A stretch of 63,995 nucleotides of DNA, the filler included, from Dirinaria sp. TL-2023a (Eukaryota), in assembly GCA_051941275.1 (NCBI GenBank). It is 3 parts of 3 records of this genome, joined end to end, with 100 filler letters (N's around TTAATTAATTAA, not from the genome) between each part and the next. Parts side by side here need not be neighbours in the genome. Positions count along the whole stretch, not along the records: positions 22,171 to 44,225 come from JAVEBF010000238.1; positions 44,326 to 63,995 come from JAVEBF010000320.1; 1 more part is not named here. One strand, given 5' to 3'. Of the stretch, positions 33,736 to 47,300 are shown one piece after another. The stretch's first letter is position 1, and the number at the start of each line of letters is the position of its first letter. The notes under the pieces are model-generated. The model made no database searches and was not told the origin of the DNA. It saw only the letters and a program-made list of their open reading frames with translations. The translations under genes and the position numbers were made by a program.

Positions 33736-35015
33736 TGTGACCTGCGACTTAGGTTGCAAGATGCTGGCTGAATCTCAAGATTACCAGCACTACTGGAGGG
33801 TTTGGGGAGATTTATATATGTATCTCTTGGATGACTCACTCATGGCTGTCTCGAACCATGGATCGGATCCGGCAAGTGCGACATTTGGCGCACTTTGAAG
33901 GCAATCTTCGGGAATTGAGAAAGCTGGCGAAGAATGCAAAGGAAGGTTCGGCGATGATCGAGTATAGGTTGGCAATAGTGGCTCAACAAAATTGGGTAGG
34001 GTTTCCAGCTCACGCGACCATATTGAGGTTGCTAACACGAGGTCTTGGTTGATTTGCGCATGTCTATGTGCATCAACCGACCATAATGATGCCCAACTAG
34101 GTACATGAGAGTTGCAGAGATGCCTGAATCATGATCATAAAAGCCCTTGGCGCACATCTTGCCAGGACTCATCTCGATAATACAACGGATCTGCTATCAG
34201 TCCGTGAAAGAGTATGCCGGTATAGCACTTGCCTCTTGCTCTCCAATACCATGTGCTGGCTCTGCGAAACTTCGAAGGTGAGAGGTGCGTACGTCTCACT
34301 TGTAATGAGCTTGCCAGCAGTCAAAGCTGCTGACCCTAGCCTTTTCATAATTCTTTTCCTAGACGGACAATTGCGTTGATGCGCTAAAATGGTAGTCTCT
34401 GTCCTGGTTCAGCTGGCTCAATCAATCTACACAGCGATAATTGAGTTGACCTTCAGCTTGAACTTGGGACCACTTTGACTACTCTGATAATGGCTGATCC
34501 CCTAATAATGGGAAGCAATAGCGTTCCCAACCTACCCTTAGCTTTGTGAGAAGGGGAATACCGTTAGGAGACCTAATGGCGGACGGACCATTTTACATTT
34601 CGTAGCGCAACGTGGAGTACGTACAATGATTACTTCTTGAGATGCTAGATGAGTAGTTTAAGAAGGCGAAGCTAAATTCACTTGTCCCCCAGTGTTTCTT
34701 GGGGTATTGAAGTTTTGGATACGCAGAAAAGTCGGAGCAGAGATGTTCAATAGGTCCTAGCCATACACAGTGATTTAGCTCTCCATTGACCATCGAACGG
34801 ATTTTATTCCCCTGGCTCTACTTCAGTCTAAGGTCTACATATTTCGGCATTTCCAGCCCGCTTAGTCCTTTTCATCCTTTTCAGCCGTGGTCTATGCCGG
34901 AGAATCTGCGCCAAGAACGAGACTTTCCAGCATTTCCTGACTTGGACACCGTCTCACTTCTATTTACCACGTACCTCACTCTCAGATCATCCCCAGTAAT
35001 CCACTTGTTCCCAAC

Positions 35016-36216
35016 ATGGTGGTTGTGATCGATCCGTCCGGTGATCTGACTATCAGTGTTACAGAGTATGACGACTCTATCAAGGTCGCTCAAGGTCAGG
35101 AGAAGGTCGTGCTCCAGGTAGTCGACTTCCTGGTCAAGCGGAGTGTAATCGTCAGCAACTCTGAACCACTTGGTGCCTTGATTGCTCTAGATCTACAGTA
35201 CAATGCAAAGCCGGCAGCCTTTCAGATGAAGGACTTGAGTACGACAAGCATGGAGATCTGGTTCAGGGCTTTTCACGACGCTATGACACCATCGTCACAT
35301 ATCGTAAAGATAGACGAGATGTGGAAACTAGCGGTACATATCATTCTTACTTCTGTTGACTCGATATCATTGCTCACTGCCCCTCAGGTGGCCGGTAACA
35401 TGTACAATTTCGATACCAAATTACTCTACCCCTGGTTCGAACAATGGTACGCATACCATTCAACACGACCTATTCTCGGGAATCTGAGGTGGCTGCTGTA
35501 TCCATGCTGGCAATACAACCACGCGGCAGGCTTCATGTTAGCGACGAAGGAGGCAGTGTATCACAGTAAAGGCCATATAATGGAGCTCAATCCAACCATA
35601 CACTATGAATGCCACCTTCCCAATCGTATTATACGTAAGAATCTTGTGCCTTGTCATCGAGTACTCCACTAATTGGATGGCTCTCTTTCTAGAACAGCTG
35701 AATGCTGCGAAGGGTCGCCTGCGCACGAAGTTACACACGCTTACGTTCAAGCCAACCGAGGCACTGCTGAGCGCCACGTGTAATTGCAAAGAGAAGACAG
35801 CCTTCCAGTATATTAAAGCATTACATGATACTGGCATGTGGCCGTTAGACCGAGAATGGACGAGGCTGGAGACACATGAGATTTTGGATAGGCTAGGATC
35901 ATTCAAGTACACGCCACCAAGAAACGCATGCCTTCGCTACTGCCAGAAAGATTACGAAGCCACTATACAGGGCACTATCAGCCTTGTACGACGATACTTT
36001 GATGGTCTTTGCCTAGACTGCATGGACAAGTCCAAGTCGAAGACGGGTGATTCGGATTCAGACTACTGGTATCATAACGAACTTGAGGAGAATGAGTGGG
36101 ACCATAGCTGTCGGGAGAGTCATGGGCAACCTACGTGGTACTTCTCTTTTATGGGTCGTAAGGAGGATCAAAAGACCTACTTCAAGGGAAAATGGGTACC
36201 GGTTCGTGCTCCGTGA
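35016..36216 (+). CDS. Fungal hypothetical protein with BTB-like N-terminus; 3 exons (introns ~35334-35387, ~35635-35695)
   Basis: IDPSGDLTISV...FLVKRSVI...MEIWFRAFH...|QLNAAKGRLR...VRRYFDGLCLDCM...HGQPTWYFSFMGR. GT-AG introns join the two ORFs. Confidence 0.75.
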
Positions 36217-36893
36217 AACTAACGCTAAGGCAATGCAAGAGAAAGGTTCGGACATATACACTCGAGACCACCCACATCGAAGCGTGCTAATTCTGAAGCA
36301 CGTCTCTTCCTCGCTCTGGCATTGGTGACTAGGACTGGGCCTCTTTAATCATGAAGCTTGGGATCCACCTATTTTTCTGCCCTGCTCATGGTACTGAGCA
36401 TATCGGGGTTTCGGACCAAGAAGAATGTCCAGTAACGCATATTGCATACTCGCGCGATACTCAAACATATGGGCAACGACCGTATAAGCTCTTCCCATAG
36501 CCAAGCTTGCATCATGCATATCAAGCTCGATACGAAGTCCCTGCACTTTTTCTAATTTAGATATATCTGTTAGGCGTCCTACTTGCCTTATATTGGGCTA
36601 AAAGATCATAATACTTGTCTTTCATAAGCCGAAGTATCATATTTGATGAACAGTAAACATGAAGCGATATAACTAATGGATATGAAGACTCAGATCAAGT
36701 AGAAACCCACAAACTCTAAAAGAGGGTCCTCTCCAGATATTGCTGTCGTTTCCATAAGTGCTGTCGCCTCGGCCCGGACGATGTACAGCTGCGATTGGTC
36801 GATCAATCTAGCGCCTCCCACAACACAAATCAAAGGTTGCTCTACAAATTTCGACCTGAAAACCCCCCTTGAGACTGTACAGTTCAAGTCAAC

Positions 36894-38002
36894 ATGGGTC
36901 GTGGTCCAAAGAAGCAGTATGTATAGCTCGATTCTCCGAAGATTCTTAACTAACAATGACCGTTTGCCAGCCAAAAGCGCTTGTCAGCACCTCATCATTG
37001 GCTTCTCGACAAACTTGGTGGTAAGCTTGGATAACAATGTAGTCTGCAAACGCAACGTCCATGGCTCACACGAACTAGGCGCCTATGCACCGAAGCCTTC
37101 GCCTGGTCCGCATAAATTGAGAGATTGTATGCCTCTTATTGTTTTCATTCGCAACCGGTAAGCTTCCGATCATCAAGCGGTCCAGCTTCTCTTCCATAGG
37201 CGTGTCCTGACCCCCGCTTCAACAGACTCAAATATGCGCTCAACGCTCGCGAGACGAAGGCCATCATGATGCAGCGCCTCGTCAAGGTTGACGGGAAAGT
37301 GCGCACCGACATTACCTACCCCGCCGGCTTCCAAGATGTGATTTCAATTGAGAAGACCGGCGAAAACTTCCGACTTGTCTATGATACCAAAGGACGCTTC
37401 ACCGTCCACCGTATAACAGCGGAAGAGGCGGAATACAAGCTGGCCAAAGTCAAGCGCGTGCAGTTGGGCAAGGGCGGAATCCCATTCTTGGTTACGCATG
37501 ATGCGCGAACGTGAGTTTGCTGCATTGATTCAGTCGTTGGACCAAGTTTTGGTTGCATTCCTCGAGCGTATACTGACGAGGACGAATGACAGAATCCGGT
37601 ATCCAGATCCAGTTATCAAGGTCAATGACACGGTTAAGATCAACCTCAAAGATGGAAAAATCGAGGATTTCATCCGCTTCGATACCGGCGTAATCGCCAT
37701 GGCCACTGGTGGACGTAACATGGGTCGTGTTGGTGTGATAACCCATCGTGAGCGTCACGATGGTGGCTTCAACATCGTCCACATCAAGGACGCCATTGAC
37801 AATTCCTTCGCGACCCGTGAGAGTAACGTCTTCGTCATTGGTCGTGAGAAGCCATGGATTAGTCTGCCGAAGGGCAAGGGTGTGAAGGTACTATTGAGAA
37901 CCATTGCCCCTAACAAACATCCAGATGCTGACAGCACATTTTTAGCTCTCAATTGCGGAAGAGAGGGATCGTCGTCGTGCTTATGCAATTGCCGGCCATT
38001 AA
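36894..38002 (+). CDS. RPS4: 40S ribosomal protein S4 (eS4); 6 exons
   Basis: Spliced [25 protein letters not shown]...[22 protein letters not shown]...THDARTIRYPDP...[31 protein letters not shown]. Confidence 0.97.
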
Positions 38003-38161
38003 GCGGTTTGTGATTAGGATTCCCGGGCAGCACGGCTGGGGGTTAAAAGCCACATGCGCATACAATAACAATTCTAACCAACTGACTAAAAACTCGAAAT
38101 TAATGTTCGAATTATTGCCTTCATGGTGACCCGACAGAGACGTCCGCGGGCTCTAAGTTCC

Positions 38162-38689
38162 CTACAACTTCTTCCTTGTACTCTGCACGACCTTATCCTT
38201 GCCGAAAAGCCCTGCCAGATATAGCATCCGCATAAGGAGCAAGAACGCTGTATAACCGATATTTCCCCAAGCCGTAGCATTCCACCCCTTGAAAGCCACA
38301 AAATTCGAATGCCCAATGACCCAATACGTGGAAGCCATATGCCCGACATCGCCAACTGCACAAGCAAGCAAATAGTTGCGCACCACCACCGCCTCGTTGG
38401 TGTAATAGAGCACGCCAAGGCCAACAAGACCGAGCAAGCCGTAGCAGTTGCCGAGCTGCAACGCGAGGACTTGAGACGTCGCCGTCATCGGAGCTAAAGA
38501 TGGCAGGCGGGATGGCACTTGAGACGCGACGAAAGACGAGGTGTCGATGAGGGGAGCAACCCAGCCAGCAGCTCTGAGCGCAAACAGTCAGCCCCGGGTC
38601 TGCATCGCGGGATGGTGAACTTCCTACAGGGAGATTGGCTCAAGGATGGTGAATACGAAGCGAGGAATGGGGGGAAGGATTGATGCCAT
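38162..38689 (-). CDS. Small conserved fungal multi-pass membrane protein; 2 exons
   Basis: MASILPPIPRFVFTILEPIS|...QLGNCYGLLG...VVRNYLLACAVGDVGH...WNATAWGNIG...R; about four hydrophobic segments. Confidence 0.75.
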
Positions 38690-39210
38690 ATCTGATATAA
38701 TGTATGGGATCTTCAGTAATATGTATTCAAACGATCTTTGTATTTAAGGACTTCGGAAAATAAAAATCCCCCACTAGGTCCGCAGATTACCTTAGGTAGA
38801 TAAAATGATGGATCCTGATTAGCGCGATCAGGGGCGTTTAGGGGGTAAATGGGGCCACCCAGGGTACAAAGGTCGCCTAGACAATTCAGATTTGGTGCAT
38901 GTGGTGCAGCTGCCCTGCTTGGAGCTCACCTGTACCCACTGAGCCGATCTAGTCTTGGCGTACACCACATTATCGTATTGGTCTGGACTTGGCTAATGAT
39001 GCTGATCTCTGTACTATGACCATTTCTCATCACGCAGGTCATGAGCTCTGATATTGGCTACATGATGCTCTACACATCAAAAGAATCGCTGTCTCGATCC
39101 ATGCTCTGAGTGCATTAACATGGCCAACATAGATTCTTCGATCAATAGCGGCAGGCATATAGTATCAATTATACGATCAAAAGGTTGACACTCAGTATGA
39201 TTCGATCAGG

Positions 39211-40932
39211 ATGGCAATGCTAGACTCGCTTTTCGATGACTTCCCCCTTCGTCCTTCGCTGAGGATACCTCCGCTCCAGGATCCACTACCAGATCTTTCT
39301 ATCCAGGCTGTGCGACCCTCACCACTAGAGCCTAATGCGCGCCTCACTGGCAGCATAGAAAACGAAACTGCCAAACTCACTGGAAGGAGAAAGGCTTTAG
39401 CAGAGGCCAAACATATAGGAGATCCTGCCGGGTCCAATGAGCTCAGATCTATTCAGCGTAACCCTCGCAAGCGGCAGAAACTACACGAGCATGAGCGCAT
39501 TGCAGACTTTGTCCAGCTGCCCCAGCCAAAAGCCAAGGCCAAGGATGATAAGCCACGACCCTTCCAGCCTGTTTCTGTTCTAAACCAACTTCATGAGCCC
39601 CCTCCGAGCGCGGCGCTCTTTCCCCCGATCACTCCAAGTTATAACTCTAGCGAACAAACGCGGTGCTTGTCTTCACTATCGCTAGTCAGGACTTCATCAC
39701 TGGACGAGGACAGTGAAAAAGCCAGGAAGCGTCAAGATTCCCATGTTGAAAAGAGCCCCCCACTCAAGAGAATCTCACAACGGCCGCGCATGAAATGGAC
39801 GAGCAAAGAAACAGAGCAATTGATGAGGGGCATTGAGATCTACGGTGTGGGGAAATGGAAAAAGATACTACGCCATCCAGATTTCTCGTTTCAAGCAGGC
39901 AGGACATCTGTAGATCTGAAGGACCATTTTCGGACGAAGTCGAAGTCGGCGAGCTCAGAGCTAAGTTGCGATAGGAAAAAGGTCTTGCCAAAAACCGCGA
40001 ATTCGTCAAAACAGGCCCACGATCAAACCCATTCAAAGCTGGGTCAAGGAAAACTCTCTTCTCCAGCCAAGGATCAGGAACCCGAAACTGGATCCTCTTT
40101 GAAACCCAAGATCGACAGCCAGGCCAGGGGACCGTGGAGCAAGGCTCAAGATGCCAGTCTTGAGGAAGGGTACAAAAAGTACGGTCTGTCGTGGCCACTA
40201 ATCCTTGATGATCCGGAACTCGATCTCGCGCATCGGTCAGCTACCGAAATCGAAGAGCGGTTTCGAACGAACTTCCCAATCTTGTTTGACCCCGAGACGG
40301 ATGCACCTAATAACAATCACGGCACGAGCATACAACGTAGGGGTGGTTGGACTAGGGCCGAGGACCTGGACCTTGTGAAGGGCTACCAGAGATATGGCTT
40401 CTCTTGGACGAACATAGTCAAAGATCCTGATCTCAACCTTACCCACAAGACTGGTCCACAGGCAAGAGATCGTTTCCGCATCAAATTTCCAGCGATCTAT
40501 GAACAGAATCCGCCGGAGAGTATCCGGGATAAAAAGCTTGAAGTGAAGAGACAGAAGGAGCGAGAGAGAAGAGAACGCACTGTAGGGATTGGTAAAATGA
40601 AGGAGACCAAAGACCGGCACCAACATGAAGGGAATCCCGATGTGATAGTACGAGCCGACGACGTAGCAGAAGACGTTGCTAAGGGGCATATGGAGCCTCC
40701 AAGTCAGCGCGAGAGAGACGAGTATCTAGGAAAGAAGGACGACCAGGCTAGCTCAAACAAGCCGTCAATATCCACCACAGGAGCATACAACATTATGGGT
40801 CTATTGAATAGTGATGTCGAAGATGATCGACCACCGTCTCCATTAAGGCTTGATGAGTGGGATGAGAATGTCACACTACCGCCTTTACTGTGGGAGGAAA
40901 TGGCTACAAGGCCAATGTTCGACCTGGAGTAG
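39211..40932 (+). CDS. Myb/SANT DNA-binding protein, Tay1/Teb1 (telobox)-like, three Myb repeats
   Basis: KWTSKETEQLMRGIEIYGVGKWKKIL...RTSVDLKDHFR; PWSKAQDASLEEGYKKYGLSW...RSATEIEERFR; GWTRAEDLDLVKGYQRYGFSW...QARDRFR. Confidence 0.85.
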   Translation: MAMLDSLFDDFPLRPSLRIPPLQDPLPDLSIQAVRPSPLEPNARLTGSIENETAKLTGRRKALAEAKHIGDPAGSNELRSIQRNPRKRQKLHEHERIADFVQLPQPKAKAKDDKPRPFQPVSVLNQLHEPPPSAALFPPITPSYNSSEQTRCLSSLSLVRTSSLDEDSEKARKRQDSHVEKSPPLKRISQRPRMKWTSKETEQLMRGIEIYGVGKWKKILRHPDFSFQAGRTSVDLKDHFRTKSKSASSELSCDRKKVLPKTANSSKQAHDQTHSKLGQGKLSSPAKDQEPETGSSLKPKIDSQARGPWSKAQDASLEEGYKKYGLSWPLILDDPELDLAHRSATEIEERFRTNFPILFDPETDAPNNNHGTSIQRRGGWTRAEDLDLVKGYQRYGFSWTNIVKDPDLNLTHKTGPQARDRFRIKFPAIYEQNPPESIRDKKLEVKRQKERERRERTVGIGKMKETKDRHQHEGNPDVIVRADDVAEDVAKGHMEPPSQRERDEYLGKKDDQASSNKPSISTTGAYNIMGLLNSDVEDDRPPSPLRLDEWDENVTLPPLLWEEMATRPMFDLE

Positions 40933-42785
40933 TGAGCGAGATCACAGTCTCCGTGGATTGATGGTAGGCTAGCATATCACAGATCTCTGATTGTAAAGTT
41001 TCAGTGGTAACCCGTGCCTCAATTATTCCTCATTTTCGTTCATGCTCCTGACGCTTTACAGCGTTGTATCAGTATTATCCTATGATTTTTTAGCCTTCTG
41101 TGGACAAGTGATATTCACTCTGATCTCAGTAAGGTGATCGACTGCTCTGGTGATTGACTGCTCTAACTATCTGCCACGTCGGGTTTTCAAGTATGAATGC
41201 TTTACTCCGATATGTCTGTTCAAAATATAACTTCATGTGCCGCTTCAGAAGTCATTCTCGTATACTCCGCTTTCGGCCCTCTCCCTCTTCCACTTTCATC
41301 AACAGTGCTCACAGCAATTTGCTACTGATCGTAATGATTAATCTACCATCTGATCATTTCGCGTTCTTATTAGAACTAATTTCCACTCCAGATTTTTGTA
41401 TCGACAAAGTTGCCCAGGGAATCGCCTTTAACTAGGGTAGAAATCCGTATATTGGTGGTATGTTCCCATCGAATATACACCTGAATATGCGTGCCTTGAT
41501 TCATAACTATGTCTTACTTTATCCATCACTTGAGCTCGAACATTCACGAGAGTAGCCATCATTCCGAATACTGTACATGGACACTGATAAGCCCTTGCAT
41601 GTTATGCTTTGCGATGTCAAGAGAGTATCTTTGCATCGTTGAAAGAACGACTGCGTCGTTTAGACCGGTTCCGAGTAGGTGTCTCGCAGGAGTTGGGGAA
41701 GATGATACCGAGCATGATCTCTGAAATCATTCGCACTAAGCCTTTTATCGATGACCTGATCAAGTGATACAGATGCGCTGAAGCTCGAAGTACAATCAAT
41801 TGACATTGATTGATTAATTGGTGCTTTAAGGACACATGCCAAGTACAGATTATCTCAATGCAAGTCATTAATTGAGACACTTGGCTGCTTAATTGTTCTA
41901 CCTGATAACGGATCCCTCTACCCGCCACAAGAGTGTATGTTGGCAGTACGAGAGTAAATGTGGAGATAGACATGATCTATAGCTGTCTGCGAACTCAGTC
42001 TCTCACAGAACTTAGCTCTGTGGGAGCATTCATCTATCATTCCCATAATTAGTGGGGAAAGGTGGGCGTCATGTGTGTATGAGTTAGCATGCGATTGTGC
42101 GACGCTGGACAATGCTTGAATTCAGACTCAATATGGGGATGGGTAGATGATAGCAGTAAGTTGATGAGACGTACGGACTTATGATAAATCATACGTCATT
42201 TGGTAATCTTGAGGAAAATGCGGCATCAAGGACGAGCGGAGTTTCAGAGTTGCCAAGGAGACTCCCTTAAGGAGTACCCCCCTGGTTTGAGCACCCCGCA
42301 CAAACCGTGATCGCCAATACCCCCCTTTACGCCTATCAACCATCATGAGCATCATCTGAAACGGAAGACGTCCAGTACATCTTGGCTCATTGAAGATCCC
42401 ATACAAAGTCGCCAGCTTTCAGTCCCCCAACGACATGGCACAGAGCTTCGATCGTTCCATTGAGTAGAAAGCGACATTACTATATCGCCCTCCAGCGCTC
42501 TGATAATCCCCCCTATCAGCAGGCCGATAGTGGATACTTCGGAGATCTTGGGTGATCTTGACTGCATGAGCTCCTGAGACTGTGTGGTTGCTGAAGAGTT
42601 GGTACATCAGAGATATCTAGCTTGGTGATCGTATGCCACCTTGTGGTCTTCGGGACGGCGCGAACTTTGACACTAATGGACTTCAGTTCACGCGTCATTG
42701 TCTTTGTCGTTTTCCGTCGTTTTTCGCTCCCTCCCGACTCAGCATTCTCGGCATTGTGATAGTATTGCTACTCAACTTGCTCAAC

Positions 42786-43613
42786 ATGGCTGGTGCGCCG
42801 ACACAATCGCTGAAGGTCGGTTTATGGGTATCTACAAGCCTTAATCTCGGGCCGCTACTAATCTCAGCTCTCTTAGTGCGTCGTAACTGGGGATGGAGCT
42901 GTCGGAAAGGTATGGATCAGGTCATTCCAAACTGGATATGCTTGAGTTCTAACGCACTGATCAGACCTGCCTACTCATCTCATACACCACCAATGCCTTC
43001 CCTGGGGAATATATCCCAACAGTGTAAGCACGCTTGTCCACAATTTTTGCCAGATCTTCCACTAACGCGCTGATGCCAGTTTCGACAATTACTCGGCCAG
43101 CGTAATGGTCGATGGCAAACCCATAAGCCTTGGGCTATGGGATACGGCAGGACAAGAAGATTATGATCGCCTGCGACCCCTATCATACCCGCAAACCGAC
43201 GTGTTCCTCATCTGCTTCTCGATCGTCAGTCCGCCATCCTTCGACAATGTCAAAGCGAAATGGTTCCCTGAGATAGAGCACCATGCACCCAACGTCCCTA
43301 TCATCCTCGTCGGCACGAAGCTGGATCTCCGAGAGGACCGGGCCACGATGGAGTCGTTGAGGCAGAAGAGGATGGAGCCGGTGTCGTACGAGCAGGCGCT
43401 GCAGGTGTCAAAGGAAATCCGCGCGCACAAGTATCTGGAGTGTTCGGCGCTCACGCAGAGGAATCTGAAGAGCGTGTTTGACGAGGCTATCCGGTAAGCC
43501 ACTTTGGATATTCCATGGTTTTTCGTAAAGCTTATCAATGCTACAGAGCCGTGCTCAACCCAAGGCCGATCGGCAAACCGCCAAAGCAAAAGCCTAAGTG
43601 TGTGATACTATGA
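42786..43613 (+). CDS. rac1: Rho-family GTPase Rac1/RacA; 5 exons
   Basis: [45 protein letters not shown]...[24 protein letters not shown]...[35 protein letters not shown] and LGLWD indicate Rac; CaaX is CVIL. Confidence 0.96.
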
Positions 43614-44225
43614 GGGGGGTTGTCAGCGCGGGGGCAGCGAAACCTGCCCATCTTAGACAGTAATGAAAGTGGCGTAGCCACTATTAAACTTCAATCCATT
43701 GGTCTCAAGCCGAATCAATGCTCAGGGTGTCTCGTATTCGAATCTCACCCCTGGAGTAATTCATGAATTTTGAAACATACATTAACCAGCATGCTTTTTT
43801 CGCCATCCAATCCATCCTTGTAACCTGTGGATACCTTTTGCGTAAGGCGGAACAGCCGCGCGGGTGTTTCAACCATTTCTTCCTACAACTACTAATGCCA
43901 TAAACCCTGGTAAAGACTTTCGATGTATGTCTGTCTGTATGTGATCAACTTACATGCAAGTGCTCTATGATTTAAACCGCCTCCTAACAGCATTTGGAAT
44001 TAGTACCTTCTGTAAATTCTTGTATTCAATCAAAGAAAAAAAATTGTTTTTTTTTCCCGAGCCACAGGCCAACTTCTTCACTTCCAACACATCCAAGTTC
44101 TCGATAGCACAGTACGTAGAAAAGCTTTTTAGACCTGTTTATCTGCCGCCCCAAAAAAAATCCCCCCAACACTTATTCAATTTCCCCACTTCCAATCTCT
44201 CCTTTCCCTTAAAAAGAATATAAAG

Positions 44226-44325
44226 NNNNNNNNNNNNNNNNNNNNNNNNNNNNNNNNNNNNNNNNNNNNTTAATTAATTAANNNNNNNNNNNNNNNNNNN
44301 NNNNNNNNNNNNNNNNNNNNNNNNN
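44226..44325. other. Artificial contig spacer N44-TTAATTAATTAA-N44
   Basis: Same 100-nt layout; linker at 44270-44281. Confidence 0.97.
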
Positions 44326-47300
44326 TGCTTGGTCGCGTGTTTCACATGAATCAAGACGCGCAGGCATCACGTCAAATCATCGTTGCTTGTTTGCGTTTTT
44401 GCTGTTCGATCATGCATGCGGGAGGGTCCGCGTTGTCCGGCCTACTGTCAGGAAGCAACGCTGCAACGTCATGGAAGGTATTTCTGACCTATCCCAAAGG
44501 AAAAAAAAAGGAAAAAAGAAAAATCCTCATTGGATTGAAGAGGTGCAAATATTGAAAGAAGCCAAAACCCCTCATAGTCGGGGAATTTTGGGTCCAAACA
44601 ACGCGTCAGTCAAAACAGAGCCATCAACGGCTAGCCGCTCATCCCACGAAGGTCCAAGCGGCCCTCTCTGCACCTCTGCATCGTGAAGTAAGAAGGTACC
44701 AAAAGCTTCCGAGAGCTTCATGCATCCCACTCGACGATACTGTAAGCAGCGCAGCTTATGCTTCCTTCCCGCGATTTGGACGACATGGTCATACCTTTTT
44801 CGTCGCAAGCTTCCTGCACTTGGAATTCCGAGGAACAAAAGGACGCTCCCGAAGTTTCGAGATTTAGAAGTTTCTGCAAGCCTCCGAGGTCGACCTACGT
44901 GTCGATTGTGGCTACCTCACACGCATTCGATGGTGATCCATGCGGGTTCTCTTCAAAGATCCCTCCATGCCGACCGAGCCAACATTGGTATATGTGGTAG
45001 GGAGAAAGTATCGCATCATTCTGTACTTGGAATGAGCTCTCAATGACCTCTAGGAATGCAATATTGCAGCATGCTTACGAGACAAAGCAGGTCTTGGTCA
45101 TCCCCTGATGGCCTGCTCAACGATCTAGATCATTCAGGAGAACCATGTGAAATCGAAACTACCTCAAGTGCTGAACTCAATGTACGCACGCATGTAGAAT
45201 GTGCCGGTTGGACACGTCATTTCTTCCTGACTACGAGGCACTTGCATGCCAAGACGATTGAGACTCTTCAAGAATTTGAAAGTTGTGCTGGCAAATGATG
45301 TTGTGCAATTTGCTTCTATATCATTCATACATGTCGATAGAGCACCTACTGCCTGACCTATATCACAAGAGCCGAGAGCTGTGTAACCATGTCAAATGTT
45401 TCCTTCTCCTGCCTCGCAGCTCGGTCATCCTTCAAATTCTCCTGCTACTGCTTCAAAAACAACGAACAGAACCCTGTGACTATAAAGATAGCGAATGTTG
45501 AGTCGCTGGAAATTGGAAGAGTGTCAAACCCGGTCTTGCGGCGAAGGTACTGATTAAGGCATGAGACGAGGTTAGGCCAATAAAGGAAGAAGCTTTATCT
45601 ATGACATTGGAAAGGGGAAAGAAGAAGAACAAGGAGTCGCAAATTGAGGCGACCGTCGTCTGGTTGCGGAAAAAGACAGTATCGATTGATTTATTGCGTC
45701 GGTTGTCGAAATTCTAGGTATTGCTAAATATGCGAAACTTCAGGTTTTCAACGAATCTGACGTACGTTTTGAGAAAGCCGCACCTCGAACCTCATTCTCC
45801 ACCTTTTCTCTCTCCCCCTTTCTTGTTAGCCTATATTCATACTATTTCCATGCTTAAGCCTAGCACGGAAAGCCGATATGGAAGTCGGCTGATGGCAAAG
45901 AACATTTCAGAACCGGAACACAAGCAATCAATTGAAGAATACTGAGAATTCAAACGCAGAGCAGTTCATGGGCAGCAAGGACGCACTCTGAATTTCTTAT
46001 AAGGTGCTTTGAATGTGAGTGGGTGTCTAATGTCTACTACACTTATCTTTAGGAACTCAAAAAATGTCCAGGAGGTTGCTCCCTGATAATTAGGTGCAAT
46101 GCCTAGAAGGTTGGAAATATCATTTTTCTTTTCCAAGCCATACCACTATGCACGCCGAATCAGAGTCAGAGCGCACAAGTAGCCATTAATCAAGGATCCT
46201 AAGTTTGTGAAAGCTTCACCATAGAATAAAGGAGAGAATGCAGAATTGATTCGGGGCAAGGAGATGTTGGATCAGAGTCGTAGTTCAAGGCCTATGCGAT
46301 TAGACCGAGTCAAGCCGGAATGCCGAGTCGTAAGCAGAGCTCCAGATGGCGTTGATGAGTCTAGTCTCGCCGAGCAGACTTAAGTGTGCTATAAAGATAT
46401 AGACAGCCCCGAAGATCAGTGTCAAGGAGTATGTCAAAGAACAAGGGATATCTCTATCGCTTCTCTTGGATGATACTGTGTGGCTACGCCATTGTTGAAA
46501 ATAAGCTGATACCTGATGCTTAGGCATTAAAATTCGAAATTTTTACTTTTTGTAACTTATTTACGTCAGGAACAACAGTTTTCGAGGATGCATAGGAACC
46601 TCGATGATTCAGGGTGACCGCCTGACCCAGAGCCTTAGGTGTCCGTTTATTCTTTCTATTCATCTTCGTCAATATATTCTGCTTCGCAGGTTCTTGTTCC
46701 TTTCCTTTCCTTTCCTAATGTTCTGCTCTCTCTTCACTCGCATACATTATGAAAGGCCGAGAGGCTGCATTTCCAAGTGCTGAAATCCAGAAGGGGCATT
46801 TCAAGCGTGGATGATGCTGATACCCTGATAAGGTAGCACGGTTTGGCAGTGGAGCTTCACGAGCAAAGCAAGCCTGGATTCGATGTTTTGAGCCGTCGGT
46901 CGTTGCAGTCACAATGAAAAGTGAATGTAAAGAAGAATCGCTGCCATGCCATGACTAGAACAAGACGCGGGCCAGACGCCACCACCGCAGGAGGTTCTTC
47001 AGAATGCATATGAAGTCTCCTTCTAATTATAATGGAATTTTCGAGACCTGTCAGACACTCAACCGTGAGGCGAAGCGTGTCATTCTATAAAAATGGTAAG
47101 AGCTCTATTTGGACTAGAATACAGCCTGACAGAGGCTGAAATACCTACGTCGCTAAATCTTGAGTTTGTGGATCCAATAAACCATTCGCCCAAGAATGTC
47201 GCGAGTTGAGATAATCTCTCGGTTACGAAGAGACTTCCACTCTTTCTTTGTACATTCAAAACGTTGTTATCCAATCACTTTAGCAATGCTGATAAGAAAT

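Noticed and set aside
38990..39112. ATGATG...CTGA pairs suggesting C/D snoRNAs
   Set aside because: The C boxes are imperfect and I could not recognise an rRNA-complementary guide or a terminal stem.
41000..42600. Small ORFs between the Myb gene and rac1
   Set aside because: No motifs and no convincing splice chain, so a gene cannot be supported.
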